Source: Thermotogota bacterium
GTDB lineage: Bacteria; Bipolaricaulota; Bipolaricaulia; UBA7950; UBA9294
Direction: 5' to 3'
Assembly (NCBI GenBank): GCA_039679545.1
Contig: JBDKUT010000021.1
Location: 1-59,270, forward strand
Length of the DNA stretch: 59,270 bases
In this document: positions 18,572 to 27,283 of the stretch, one piece after another
How positions within the stretch are numbered: position 1 is the first letter of the stretch
How the letters are laid out: each line of letters starts with the position of its first letter
The notes under the pieces: model-generated
What the model was told of the DNA's origin: nothing
Database searches by the model: none
Seen by the model: the letters and a program-made list of their open reading frames with translations, nothing else
Program-made: the position numbers and the translations under genes

Positions 18572-18889
18572 TTAGCCGCCACCGATCGGCGGGAGGAACG
18601 CGACGGCGTCCCCGTCGGTGAGCACAGTCGCCCCACCTGTCAGGAAGCGCGCGTTGCGGCCGTTGACGAGCACGTTCAGGTAACCCTCGGAAAGTCCATG
18701 CCGCAACGCGCCCGCGAGAGTAGGCTGCATCGCATCGAGCAGCGACAGAAGGCCATCGACCGTCGTCCCTGCCCGAATGGGCACGCGGAGGCTCGAGCGA
18801 TCGGCGCTGTCGCGCAACCCCCCGAACACCTTCACCGTGACGGTTGGGCCGATGCCTTGGGGCGAGGTCTCTTCCGGATGGACGTTCAT
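18572..18889 (-). CDS. MoaD/ThiS-family ubiquitin-like sulfur-carrier protein
   Basis: The protein (105 aa) has VTVKVFGGLRD near the N-terminus and LNVLVNGRNA in the middle. It ends ...DAVAFLPPIGGG with a terminal Gly-Gly. The start is taken at MNVHPEE. Confidence 0.7.
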   Translation of the reverse strand: MNVHPEETSPQGIGPTVTVKVFGGLRDSADRSSLRVPIRAGTTVDGLLSLLDAMQPTLAGALRHGLSEGYLNVLVNGRNARFLTGGATVLTDGDAVAFLPPIGGG

Positions 18890-18955
18890 GATCGTCCCGG
18901 TATACCCGCTGTGTACGGGAGATGCAACCGCCCTCTCTGCCAGCCCCGGCAAGTA

Positions 18956-18983
18956 TTGCCGGGCCGAGGTGTGCCGCTATAAT
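18956..18983 (+). promoter_or_regulatory. putative sigma70 promoter of metG (TTGCCG-16-TATAAT)
   Basis: A perfect TATAAT at 18978..18983 lies 33 nt upstream of the metG ATG. Confidence 0.4.
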
Positions 18984-19016
18984 CCGCAACATCCTCTGGA
19001 AGCGTGGAAGCAGGCG

Positions 19017-20984
19017 ATGGTGGACAAGTCAAGAGTCTTGGTCTGTAGCGCATGGCCGTATGCCTCGGGGATTCCGCACCTCGGGAACCTCGTGAGCTCG
19101 CTCCTTTCGGGGGACGTGTTCACCCGCTACTACCGACTGCGCGGCAAAGACGTTGTCTACGTGTCGGGGACCGACGCGCACGGCACGAAGATCGAGTTTG
19201 AGGCCCGGAAGCTCGGAATCACGCCGCTCGAACTCGCGACGCAGACCCACGGGAAGATCTGCGAGATTCTGAAGGCGTTCGGCATCGCCTTCGACAACTA
19301 CACGACCACGGAGTGCGAGACGCACAAGCGGTTTGTCCACGACATCTACCTCGACATCGAGAAAAACGGGTACATCAAGACGCAACTCGAATCCCGCGCA
19401 TACTGCAAGCGTTGCCAGCGGTTCCTCGCCGACCGATTCATCAGCGGGACGTGCCCGCGCTGCGGTTTCCCGAGCGCCCTCGGTGACCAGTGCGACTCGT
19501 GCGGATCGATCCTCGAGCCGGAGGAGCTGGTCTCTCCGACGTGCAGCTTCTGCGGCCAGAGCGACATCGAGTTCCGCGAAACGAAGCACTGGTACCTCGA
19601 CCTTCCCAAGTTGTCGCGTGCGCTCACGGCGTACGTCACATCGCGCGGGTTCCAAGGCAACGTGCGCCTCTTCACCCAGCAGATGATCGACGACGGCCTC
19701 AAGCCGCGGGCGATGACCCGCGACATCGACTGGGGAATCCCGGCGCCGTTTGAGGGCGCCGAGGGGAAGGTCATCTACGTCTGGGGCGAAGCGGCCCTTG
19801 GCTACGTGTCCGCGGTGATCGAGCACTTCCGCGGCGACGAACGGTGGAAGGACTTCTGGTTCGGCGACGACGTCTTCCAGATCTACACGATCGGGAAGGA
19901 CAACATCCCGTTCCACTCGCTCATCTTCCCCGGGCAGCTCGTCGCGTCGGGCCGGGGATACCACTTGCCGGACCAGATTGCGGCCACGGAATACCTGAAC
20001 TGGATCGGCGGCGACAGCTTCTCCAAAACGCGCGGCGTGGGCCTCTACTGCGACGAAGCGCTCCGCGTGATGAACCCTGAGTTCTGGCGCTTCTACCTCC
20101 TCTACAACCGGCCGGAGGCGCGGGACGTCAACTTCTCGTGGGAGGAGCTCGAGAAAGCCGTCAACGGGATCCTGATCTCGAACGTCGCGAACCTGATCAA
20201 CCGCGTGCTGTCGTTCATCCAGACGCATCAAGGCGGCGTGGTTCCTGACGTGCCGGCGGACGACGAAGTGAAGGAGCAGCTGGCGAAGACCGTCCTCGCC
20301 TACGAGAAGGCGATCGACGCGGGGTTTCTCGGGACCGCGCTCCGGAGCGCCTGCGACTTGGCCGTGTTCGGGAACGAGTACTTCCAGCGGAAGCGCCCGT
20401 GGGCGACGAAGGACGCGTCGGCGGTGACGAGCGCGGCACACCTCGTGAAAGGGATGGCAATTCTGCTTCTTCCCTACGTGCCGGAGTTCGCGTCGTCCGT
20501 GCTGCGCGTTCTGCGGATCGACGCTCCCGCGTGGGGCGACCTCGACCGGCCGCTCGGAGGAACGAGCGTGACGGCGGACCGCGTTCTCCTTGAGCGGATC
20601 GACGTCGAAGCGATCCGCGGGCAGGTGACCGCGAAGGGGGCAACGCCTTCCAAAACGGCTCCCGCGACGGTGTCGTTCGAAGAGTTTTCGAAGCTCGACT
20701 TCCGAGTGGGGGTGGTCCGCGAGGCCGCCGCGGTCGCGGGAGCGAGCCGACTGTACAAGCTGACGGTGGACCTCGGCACGGAGACGCGCACGTGCGTGGC
20801 GGGAATCCGTGAGAGCTATGAGCCTGCGGAGCTCGTTGGGAAGTCCGTGGTCGTCGTCACGAACCTCGAGAAGAGGACGATTCGCGGGATCGAGTCGGAA
20901 GCAATGCTGCTCGCGGCTCAGGGTTCGCCGCTCGTCCTGATCGGCCCCGAGCGGCCCGTCGAAGCCGGGACGCCTGTTGGGTAG
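19017..20984 (+). CDS. metG: methionine--tRNA ligase with C-terminal Trbp111/EMAPII-like tRNA-binding domain
   Basis: Motifs seen: WPYASGIPHLGN (HIGH-type), zinc knuckles CKRC/CPRCG/CDSCG/CSFCG, SFSKTRG (KMSKS-type). The C-terminus is FRVGVVREAA...VVVVTNLEKRTIRGIESEAMLLAA. Confidence 0.95.
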   Translation: MVDKSRVLVCSAWPYASGIPHLGNLVSSLLSGDVFTRYYRLRGKDVVYVSGTDAHGTKIEFEARKLGITPLELATQTHGKICEILKAFGIAFDNYTTTECETHKRFVHDIYLDIEKNGYIKTQLESRAYCKRCQRFLADRFISGTCPRCGFPSALGDQCDSCGSILEPEELVSPTCSFCGQSDIEFRETKHWYLDLPKLSRALTAYVTSRGFQGNVRLFTQQMIDDGLKPRAMTRDIDWGIPAPFEGAEGKVIYVWGEAALGYVSAVIEHFRGDERWKDFWFGDDVFQIYTIGKDNIPFHSLIFPGQLVASGRGYHLPDQIAATEYLNWIGGDSFSKTRGVGLYCDEALRVMNPEFWRFYLLYNRPEARDVNFSWEELEKAVNGILISNVANLINRVLSFIQTHQGGVVPDVPADDEVKEQLAKTVLAYEKAIDAGFLGTALRSACDLAVFGNEYFQRKRPWATKDASAVTSAAHLVKGMAILLLPYVPEFASSVLRVLRIDAPAWGDLDRPLGGTSVTADRVLLERIDVEAIRGQVTAKGATPSKTAPATVSFEEFSKLDFRVGVVREAAAVAGASRLYKLTVDLGTETRTCVAGIRESYEPAELVGKSVVVVTNLEKRTIRGIESEAMLLAAQGSPLVLIGPERPVEAGTPVG

Positions 20985-20988
20985 CCTG

Positions 20989-21017
20989 TTGCAAACGCAG
21001 ATCGCGACAGCTAGAAT
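20989..21017 (+). promoter_or_regulatory. putative sigma70 promoter of the rplU operon (TTGCAA-17-TAGAAT)
   Basis: Near-consensus hexamers with a 17-nt spacer lie 26 nt upstream of the rplU ATG. Confidence 0.5.
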
Positions 21018-21043
21018 CAGACCCAGATTGGGGTGAACCATCG

Positions 21044-21358
21044 ATGTATGCAGTGATTGAGACCGGAGGAAAGCAGTACCGAGTGGAGCAGGGGATGCTG
21101 CTCGCGCACGAACTCCTGCCCGGCGTTGGGGTCGGGGAGACGGTGGAGTTCGACAAGGTGCTTCTTCTTGCCACGGAGGATGGCGTGCAGATCGGCACGC
21201 CGTACGTCGACGGTGCGAAGGTCGTGGGAGAGGTCAAGGAGACCGGCCGCGGCGACAAGATCATCGTCTACAAGTACAAGGCCAAGAAGGGGTATCGGAA
21301 GAAGCAGGGACATCGCCAGGACTACATGGCGACCTCGATCACGTCGATCGAGGGATAG
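21044..21358 (+). CDS. rplU: 50S ribosomal protein L21
   Basis: MYAVIETGGKQYRVEQG... with KKGYRKKQGHRQ. Confidence 0.97.
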   Translation: MYAVIETGGKQYRVEQGMLLAHELLPGVGVGETVEFDKVLLLATEDGVQIGTPYVDGAKVVGEVKETGRGDKIIVYKYKAKKGYRKKQGHRQDYMATSITSIEG

Positions 21359-21367
21359 GGAGGACGG

Positions 21368-21694
21368 TTGGGCGAGGTTCTGGTCCAGCGGGATGAGACG
21401 AACCGCATCGTGGGGTTCGTGGCTCGGGGGCTCTCCCCCGAGGCGCTGCCCGGAATCGGCGTCTTTCAGCTCCTGCGGGCGGGGTCCGCGGCGCTGACGG
21501 ACTACCTGCACGTCCAGACCGAGAACTCCCTTTCGGAGGAGATGTACCTCTTCGTCGACCGGAGCGACCCGCACCTGGCACGGGAGCTGGATGCGGTGCT
21601 CGAAACGCTCGCAATCGGATTCCGCCTGTTGGAGCGGGATTGCCCGGACGACCTCGTTGTCCACGACGCGGCGGTCGGCGTTGAGGTGGTGTAA
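21368..21694 (+). CDS. Prp (DUF464, ribosomal-processing cysteine protease)-like protein, apparently non-catalytic
   Basis: TTG start. The position between rplU and rpmA and the N-terminal pattern (VLVQRDETNRIVGFVARG) fit Prp. The expected GHA and VCAxVS His/Cys motifs are replaced (GLS, VFQLLRAGS). Confidence 0.55.
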   Translation: MGEVLVQRDETNRIVGFVARGLSPEALPGIGVFQLLRAGSAALTDYLHVQTENSLSEEMYLFVDRSDPHLARELDAVLETLAIGFRLLERDCPDDLVVHDAAVGVEVV

Positions 21695-21703
21695 GGAGAA
21701 ACG

Positions 21704-21964
21704 ATGGCGCACAAGACGAGTACTGGATCCACGCAGAACGTGCACGACAGTCCGGGTCAACGGCTCGGGGTCAAGCGTTTCGGCGGGGAATGGGTGGAGG
21801 CGGGAACCATCATCGTTCGCCAGCGGGGCACGAAGTTCGCACTCGGGACGAACGTCGGGATTGGACGCGATTTCACGATCTTCGCTACCGCTCCGGGATA
21901 CGTCCACTTCGAGGGGCGGGGCAAGAAGTACATCAGTGTACTGCCCACCGCGCCGACCGCTTGA
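21704..21964 (+). CDS. rpmA: 50S ribosomal protein L27
   Basis: [28 protein letters not shown]. There is no N-terminal propeptide. Confidence 0.97.
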   Translation: MAHKTSTGSTQNVHDSPGQRLGVKRFGGEWVEAGTIIVRQRGTKFALGTNVGIGRDFTIFATAPGYVHFEGRGKKYISVLPTAPTA

Positions 21965-21999
21965 TCTTCGCACAACCGGGATCATCCCTATGACGACCG

Positions 22000-23277
22000 A
22001 TGTTTCTTGACGAAGCGACCATCCGCGTGCGCGGCGGACGGGGCGGCAGTGGGGTGATTCACTTCATGTCCAGCCGTCACAACCCTCGGGGGGGGCCCGA
22101 CGGGGGAAACGGCGGACCGGGCGGAGACGTCGTCCTGCGGGCGACGCCGAGCATGTCCACGCTGTACTCGTTCCGAAACCGGCCTCTCTTTGAGGGGCAA
22201 GACGGGACGAGCGGCTCTCGGAACAAGCAGAACGGCGCCGCCGGCGAGGAACTGATCGTGCATGTGCCGGTCGGCACGGTCGTGCGGGAACCCGGCGGCG
22301 AGATCTTCGCCGACCTCGCTCTCGCGAACGACGAGGTGCTCGTGGCGCGGGGGGGAGAAGGCGGGCGCGGGAACAACGCCTTCGCCTGCTCCACGCGGAC
22401 GACGCCGCGGCTGCGCGAGCGCGGCCTTCCTGGGGACTCGAAGACCCTGCGGCTCGAACTGAAGCTGATCGCCGACGTCGGCATCATCGGGTTCCCGAAC
22501 GTCGGCAAGTCCAGCCTGATCTCGTCCATCTCGGGGAAGAAGGCCAAGGTGGCCGACTACCCGTTCACGACCCTCGTGCCGAACCTCGGGGTCGTTGACG
22601 TGGACGGGCGAAACCAGTTCGTCGCTGTCGACGTCCCGGGATTGGTCGAGGGTGCCCACGAGGGGCGCGGGCTTGGCGATCGATTCCTCCGTCACGTGGA
22701 GCGAACCCGCGTTCTCTTGCACATGGTCGACCTCGCGCGGCTCGACGGCCGCGACCCGCTCGATGACTACCGCCAGATCAACTACGAACTTGCTTCGTTC
22801 GCTCCGGCGCTCGGCGCGCGTCCCCAGGTCGTTGCCGGGAACAAGATCGATCTCATTTCTCCCGAGGAGGTCGCGGCGCTTCGAGAGCGTTTTGCGGCCA
22901 TCGGCGTCGACCTGATCCCAATCTCCGTGGCGACGATGGTTGGGGTTCGGAACGTTGTCGATCGCGTGTACGGGCTCCTGGTCGCGGAGCGGGAGAAGGA
23001 GTTGTTTGCACCCTCGCCGGTCCGACGGCGCGTGTACCAGTTCCACGGGGAGACGGGGTTTCGGGTGGAGAAGGACGGGGACGGGTTCCGCGTTACCGGC
23101 CAAGAGGTCGAGACGCTGGCTCGAAAGCTCGTGCTCACCTCTCGGGATGCGGAGGAGTATTTGGTCGATCGGCTGGGCAAAATGGGCGTGACGAAGGAGC
23201 TTCGGCGGCTCGGGTACGAGCCGGGTGCCGCCGTGCGAATCGGCGAGGTGAAGCTTGAGTGCGAGCTTGAAGGGTAG
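22000..23277 (+). CDS. obg: GTPase Obg/CgtA
   Basis: Obg fold: MFLDEATIRVRGGRGGSG. G motifs: GFPNVGKSS, DVPGL, NKID. It has a C-terminal OCT-like domain. Confidence 0.95.
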   Translation: MFLDEATIRVRGGRGGSGVIHFMSSRHNPRGGPDGGNGGPGGDVVLRATPSMSTLYSFRNRPLFEGQDGTSGSRNKQNGAAGEELIVHVPVGTVVREPGGEIFADLALANDEVLVARGGEGGRGNNAFACSTRTTPRLRERGLPGDSKTLRLELKLIADVGIIGFPNVGKSSLISSISGKKAKVADYPFTTLVPNLGVVDVDGRNQFVAVDVPGLVEGAHEGRGLGDRFLRHVERTRVLLHMVDLARLDGRDPLDDYRQINYELASFAPALGARPQVVAGNKIDLISPEEVAALRERFAAIGVDLIPISVATMVGVRNVVDRVYGLLVAEREKELFAPSPVRRRVYQFHGETGFRVEKDGDGFRVTGQEVETLARKLVLTSRDAEEYLVDRLGKMGVTKELRRLGYEPGAAVRIGEVKLECELEG

Positions 23278-23899
23278 AGTCGGGCTCCTCGGAGGGACGT
23301 TCGATCCGCCGCACAACGCGCATCTTGCGGTCGCGAAGGTGGCACTTCGGCAGTTCGAGCTGTCGCGGATCGTCTTCGTGCCGAATGGGATTCCTCCGCA
23401 GAAGAGCGTCTCCGACGGCGTGACGAGCGAGGACCGATATCGGATGGCCTGCCAAGCGATCACAGGTTGCCGCCAGTTCTCCGTCTCGCGGGTCGAGATC
23501 GATCGGGACGGACCCTCGTACACCATTGACACCATCCGCGCAATGAAGGAAGATTGCCCCGAAGGGGTCTGCTTCATCCTCGGAGCGGACCAGATGTCGG
23601 AGATCGAAACGTGGAGGGAGCCGCGCGCCCTGTTGGACAGTGTGTCATTTGTGGTTGCGCCGCGCGCTGGGATTTCACTCTCCTTTCTCGCGAGACCGCC
23701 GTTTGATGTTGCGTCGGTCCACGTCCTCGACATGGGCGAGGTTGATCTGTCGTCAACGGCCGTCCGCGATCGCGTGGCGCGCGGCGAGTCGATCGAGGCA
23801 TGGGTTCCTCGGAGCGTGGCGCGGTACATCGAGGAACACGGGTTGTATCGGGTAGGAGCTGTAGTGAGATCCCACGGAACAGGAGGTCAGGATCGATAG
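23255..23899 (+). CDS. nadD: nicotinate-nucleotide adenylyltransferase
   Basis: GLLGGTFDPPHNAHL and SSTAVRDRV. The TTG start (23255 or 23267) overlaps the obg end. Confidence 0.9.
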   Translation: MSASLKGRVGLLGGTFDPPHNAHLAVAKVALRQFELSRIVFVPNGIPPQKSVSDGVTSEDRYRMACQAITGCRQFSVSRVEIDRDGPSYTIDTIRAMKEDCPEGVCFILGADQMSEIETWREPRALLDSVSFVVAPRAGISLSFLARPPFDVASVHVLDMGEVDLSSTAVRDRVARGESIEAWVPRSVARYIEEHGLYRVGAVVRSHGTGGQDR

Positions 23900-24401
23900 C
23901 AAGACGTTGCGGGTGAACGAGCGAATTCGCGTGCCCGAGGTTCGCGTCGTCGACGACACGGGAGGAAACCTCGGTGTGATGCCGACGCAGCAGGCCATCG
24001 CGTTGGCAAAAGAGAAGGGGCTCGACCTGGTCGAAGTGGCGCCGCAGGCGACGCCGCCCGTGTGCCGGTTGGTGGACTTCGGGAAGTTCCATTACCAGCA
24101 GGAGAAGAAGGAGCGCAAGCAGAAGCACCGCTCCAAGCTCAAGGAGATCAAGTTCACGATCAAAATCGGCGAACACGATTTCCAGACGAAGCTTGCCAGG
24201 GTTCGCGAGTTCCTGTCTCACGGGGACATGGTCCGCATTAGCATCTTCTTCCGCGGGCGAGAGATCGTTCACGCCTCACGGGGCCACGACCTCCTCAAGC
24301 GGGTGGAGGAAGAGGTCAAGGATATCGCCCGGGTGGAAGGACAGCCGATGGCCAAGGGCAAGATCCTTCAGATCATGATCGTTCCTGCGCAACATACCTG
24401 A
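23892..24401 (+). CDS. infC: translation initiation factor IF-3 (probable non-canonical AUC start; first TTG in frame is 23907)
   Basis: RVNERIRVPEVRVVDDTGGNLGVM..., KFTIKIGEHDFQTK. AGGAGG at 23881..23886 is correctly spaced for ATC 23892. Confidence 0.85.
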   Translation: MDSKTLRVNERIRVPEVRVVDDTGGNLGVMPTQQAIALAKEKGLDLVEVAPQATPPVCRLVDFGKFHYQQEKKERKQKHRSKLKEIKFTIKIGEHDFQTKLARVREFLSHGDMVRISIFFRGREIVHASRGHDLLKRVEEEVKDIARVEGQPMAKGKILQIMIVPAQHT

Positions 24402-24427
24402 CCGCCCCTCGGGGAGGAGGACGTACG

Positions 24428-24622
24428 GTGCCGAAGCAGAAAACGCACTCTGCATCGAAGAAACGCTTCACACGGACGAAGAGCGGCAAGATCCGGCACA
24501 TGATGTCGAACTATTGGCACAAGAGCGTGAAGAAGAGCCCGAAGGCGAAGCGGCACGCTCGCATGCCGAAAGAAGTGACCGGCGGGCTGAAGAAGATGCT
24601 CGACAAGATGCTCTCCAAGTAG
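24428..24622 (+). CDS. rpmI: 50S ribosomal protein L35
   Basis: GTG start after GGGGAGGAGGA. The sequence begins PKQKTHSASKKRFTRTKSGKI. Confidence 0.95.
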   Translation: MPKQKTHSASKKRFTRTKSGKIRHMMSNYWHKSVKKSPKAKRHARMPKEVTGGLKKMLDKMLSK

Positions 24623-24648
24623 CCCCCGGGAAGACGAAGGAGAAGACC

Positions 24649-25011
24649 ATGCCACGAGCGCGTGGAGGTAGCAAGAGACTCGACAGCCGCAAGAAGATCC
24701 TGAGTCTCGCCAAGGGGTTCAAGGGCAAGCGGGGGACGTCGCACAAGATTGCGAAGCAGGCGGTCATGAAAGCCTTGCGCAACAGCTACATCGACCGCAG
24801 GCTACGAAAGCGCGACTTCCGACGGCTGTGGATCACCCGCATCGGAGCGGCCGCGAAGCTGAACGGGCTTTCGTACTCGGCGTTCCTCGGCGGAATCCAG
24901 CGCCGCGGCGTTCTGTTGAACCGAAAGATGTTGGCGGACATCGCGGTCCGCGACGAGCGGGCATTCGCTGCGCTCGCCGACCTGGCGAAGGAAGAGGCCG
25001 TCAAGGGGTAG
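24649..25011 (+). CDS. rplT: 50S ribosomal protein L20
   Basis: MPRARGGSKRLDSRKKILSLAKGFKG...YIDRRLRKRDFRRLWITRI. Confidence 0.97.
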   Translation: MPRARGGSKRLDSRKKILSLAKGFKGKRGTSHKIAKQAVMKALRNSYIDRRLRKRDFRRLWITRIGAAAKLNGLSYSAFLGGIQRRGVLLNRKMLADIAVRDERAFAALADLAKEEAVKG

Positions 25012-25094
25012 CGGTGGACGCTGCCGCGCGGTCCAAGCAGGGGTTCGGCGGGACGAAACCTGGCCGTGCGTTGCCCCGGTCGGGGGACGTCGTC

Positions 25095-25448
25095 TTGGCG
25101 GTTCGAGGGATTGAGCTTGAAGGCCCGCACGGCGTCTACCCGCAGGAGCAGGAAGCGGGGAACCGTTTCTCCGTGGACGTTGAAATGCGCGGACTCTTCG
25201 CGCAGGCCGTGGAGACGGACGAGCTTTCGGACACGGTTGACTACGATGCGGTTGTGCAGCGCGTTTGCGAAGTGAACCGGAGGCGTACGTTTCACCTCAT
25301 CGAGTCCTTTGCCGGTGCAATTGCTGACGAGCTGCTCGATCGCTTCGAGCGCATTTCCGAAGTCCGTATCCAAGTTCGCAAGCTCTCCGTGGCCCACCTG
25401 GGGCCGAATGTATGGACGATGGTCGAACTGAGCCGGCGGCGGGCCTAG
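25095..25448 (+). CDS. folB: dihydroneopterin aldolase
   Basis: RGIELEGPHGVYPQEQEAGNRFSVDVE...VDYDAV. The start is uncertain: TTG 25095 gives the typical ~118 aa, while GTG 25014 is the longest alternative. Confidence 0.75.
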   Translation: MAVRGIELEGPHGVYPQEQEAGNRFSVDVEMRGLFAQAVETDELSDTVDYDAVVQRVCEVNRRRTFHLIESFAGAIADELLDRFERISEVRIQVRKLSVAHLGPNVWTMVELSRRRA

Positions 25449-25945
25449 ATCCTGCGGATGTGTACATTCTCTTCGGATCGAACCTGGGGGACCGGCGTGG
25501 GAGGATCGAGCGTGGCCTCTCGCGAATGGCGCGGAGCGACGTTCGATGGACCGCCCGGTCGTCGATCTACGAGACCGAGCCGGTCGGGCTCGCAGACCAG
25601 CCGTGGTTCCTGAACCTCGTGGCACGCGGCACGACGACGCTCTCTCCGCGGGCTCTCCTTGCGGCATGCAAGGACGCCGAGGCGGCTGAAGGGCGTGTCC
25701 CTACGATGCGTTTCGGACCGCGCACGCTCGACGTGGACATTCTCCTCTACGGGGCATTGCGGATCGACGAGCCGGATCTCTCGATCCCCCATCCGCGAAT
25801 GAACGAGCGACGGTTCGCCCTCACTCCGCTTGTGGAGATCGCCCCCGACCTGAAGGATCCAAGGGATGGACGACGATTCGCCGAGGTCTTGGCGGGACTC
25901 GATGAGGGAAAGAAGGTGCTGAAATCGACGACAAGAGAATCCTGA
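25412..25945 (+). CDS. folK: 2-amino-4-hydroxy-6-hydroxymethyldihydropterin diphosphokinase (HPPK)
   Basis: VYILFGSNLGDR, YETEPVG, LDVDILLYG, IPHPRMNERRFAL. GTG 25460 is an alternative start. Confidence 0.9.
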   Translation: MDDGRTEPAAGLDPADVYILFGSNLGDRRGRIERGLSRMARSDVRWTARSSIYETEPVGLADQPWFLNLVARGTTTLSPRALLAACKDAEAAEGRVPTMRFGPRTLDVDILLYGALRIDEPDLSIPHPRMNERRFALTPLVEIAPDLKDPRDGRRFAEVLAGLDEGKKVLKSTTRES

Positions 25946-26013
25946 TCTCGGTCGACCTCACCGAGGAAGGTGACAAGAGAACACGCGTCGCTCTTCTCGA
26001 AGAGGGTCGCCTG

Positions 26014-27168
26014 ATGGAGATCTACTACGGACACCCGTCGCACGAGAAGCTGGTCGGGAACATCTATCGGGGGCGCGTCGAGGACGTGCTTCCGGGCCTC
26101 GGATCGGCGTTCGTTGATGTCGGCGAGCGGAAGAGTCTCTTCCTCTCCCAGAGTGAGATCAACGACCAGTACTTGAGCGAGAAGGGCTACAAGCCGTGGC
26201 AGTCTGGGGTCCCGATCAACAAGCTCCTGCGGCCGGGGCAGTTCGTCACGCTGCAGGTTCGTCGCGATGGGATCGGGAGCAAGAACCCGCAGGGGACGAT
26301 GAAGATCAGCCTCCCGGGCCGTTTCTGGGTGTACCTCCCGACCGAGGATCGCCTAGGGGTCTCGCGCCGAGTTGAGTCGGTGCGGGACCAGCGGCGAATC
26401 CGCCGAGTGGCGCGAACCCTCAAGCGCGACGGTGAGGGAATGATCGCGCGTACGGCGGCCCAATGGGCGAACGACGAGGAGTTGGAGCGTGACTACCACC
26501 TGCTCGTGGAGACGTGGGAGCGCGTCCTTGACGCCTCGAAGACGACGAACGGGGCGCGGCTTCTGTACAAGGCCATGGGGCTGGTTCAGACGGTGCTGCG
26601 TGACCGGCTCGGGCCGGAGATCAGCGAGGTGATTGTCGACTCCCCATTCTTTTGCGAGAAGATCCTGTCGTTCCTCGACTTCATGCAGCTCTCGGAGTTC
26701 AAGGATCGGATTCAGCTTCACAAGGGATCGGACCCCCTGTTTGCGAAGCACAACGTGGAGCAACAAATCCAGGACAGCCTCTCGCGACGGGTTCCGCTCG
26801 CCGGGGGAGGGTCGCTCGTGATCGACGAGACGGAGGCTCTCATCGCCATCGACGTCAACACCGGCGGAGACGTCCGTCACCGCAACCAGGAGGCGGCGAT
26901 CCTGAACACGAACTTGGAGGCGGCGACGGAAATCGCACGGCAGCTGCGACTTCGCCAGATGAGTGGGATCATCGTCGTCGACTTTGTTGACATGGAGGAC
27001 CCGGCGCACATCGAGCAGGTGACCGAGCGCGTGAAGGAAGAGCTGAAGAAGGATCGGGTTTCGGCGGACTTCGTCGACATGACGGCTCTCGGCCTCGTGG
27101 AGATTACGCGAAAGCGGCGGGGCGAGAGCCTCGCTGACATGTTGGAGAACGCGAAGTTCGATGCCTGA
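26014..27168 (+). CDS. rng: ribonuclease G/E family (Rne/Rng); true start probably upstream of 26014
   Basis: S1 domain: GNIYRGRVEDVLPGLGSAFVDVG. Catalytic region: LVIDETEALIAIDVNTG. In-frame upstream codons 25936..26013 still read as the conserved RNase G N-terminus (RILISVDL...TRVALLEEGRL). Confidence 0.9.
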   Translation: MEIYYGHPSHEKLVGNIYRGRVEDVLPGLGSAFVDVGERKSLFLSQSEINDQYLSEKGYKPWQSGVPINKLLRPGQFVTLQVRRDGIGSKNPQGTMKISLPGRFWVYLPTEDRLGVSRRVESVRDQRRIRRVARTLKRDGEGMIARTAAQWANDEELERDYHLLVETWERVLDASKTTNGARLLYKAMGLVQTVLRDRLGPEISEVIVDSPFFCEKILSFLDFMQLSEFKDRIQLHKGSDPLFAKHNVEQQIQDSLSRRVPLAGGGSLVIDETEALIAIDVNTGGDVRHRNQEAAILNTNLEAATEIARQLRLRQMSGIIVVDFVDMEDPAHIEQVTERVKEELKKDRVSADFVDMTALGLVEITRKRRGESLADMLENAKFDA

Positions 27169-27232
27169 GGCCCCGCTTGGCGACAAGCACCGAGCGGTCA
27201 GCGAGGCTCTCCCTTTCGGTCGAGACTCGGGG

Positions 27233-27238
27233 TACAAT
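27233..27238 (+). promoter_or_regulatory. candidate -10 element (TACAAT) upstream of the tRNA-Val leader array
   Basis: GGTACAAT is the same context as the element upstream of the S8 gene. There is no convincing -35 element. Confidence 0.25.
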
Positions 27239-27283
27239 AGGGATGCAGACGAGCGCGGAGTCCAGGCGGTCTCGGCCGTGCGG

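Noticed and set aside
19029-21041. A 670-aa minus-strand ORF covering metG.
   Set aside because: It is antisense to a clear MetRS and has an Arg/Pro-rich, low-information sequence. The same reasoning applies to 14540..17170(-), 11633..13249(-), 21988..23829(-), 56045..57826(-), 28851..30401(+), 40425..41693(+) and 3419..4189(-).
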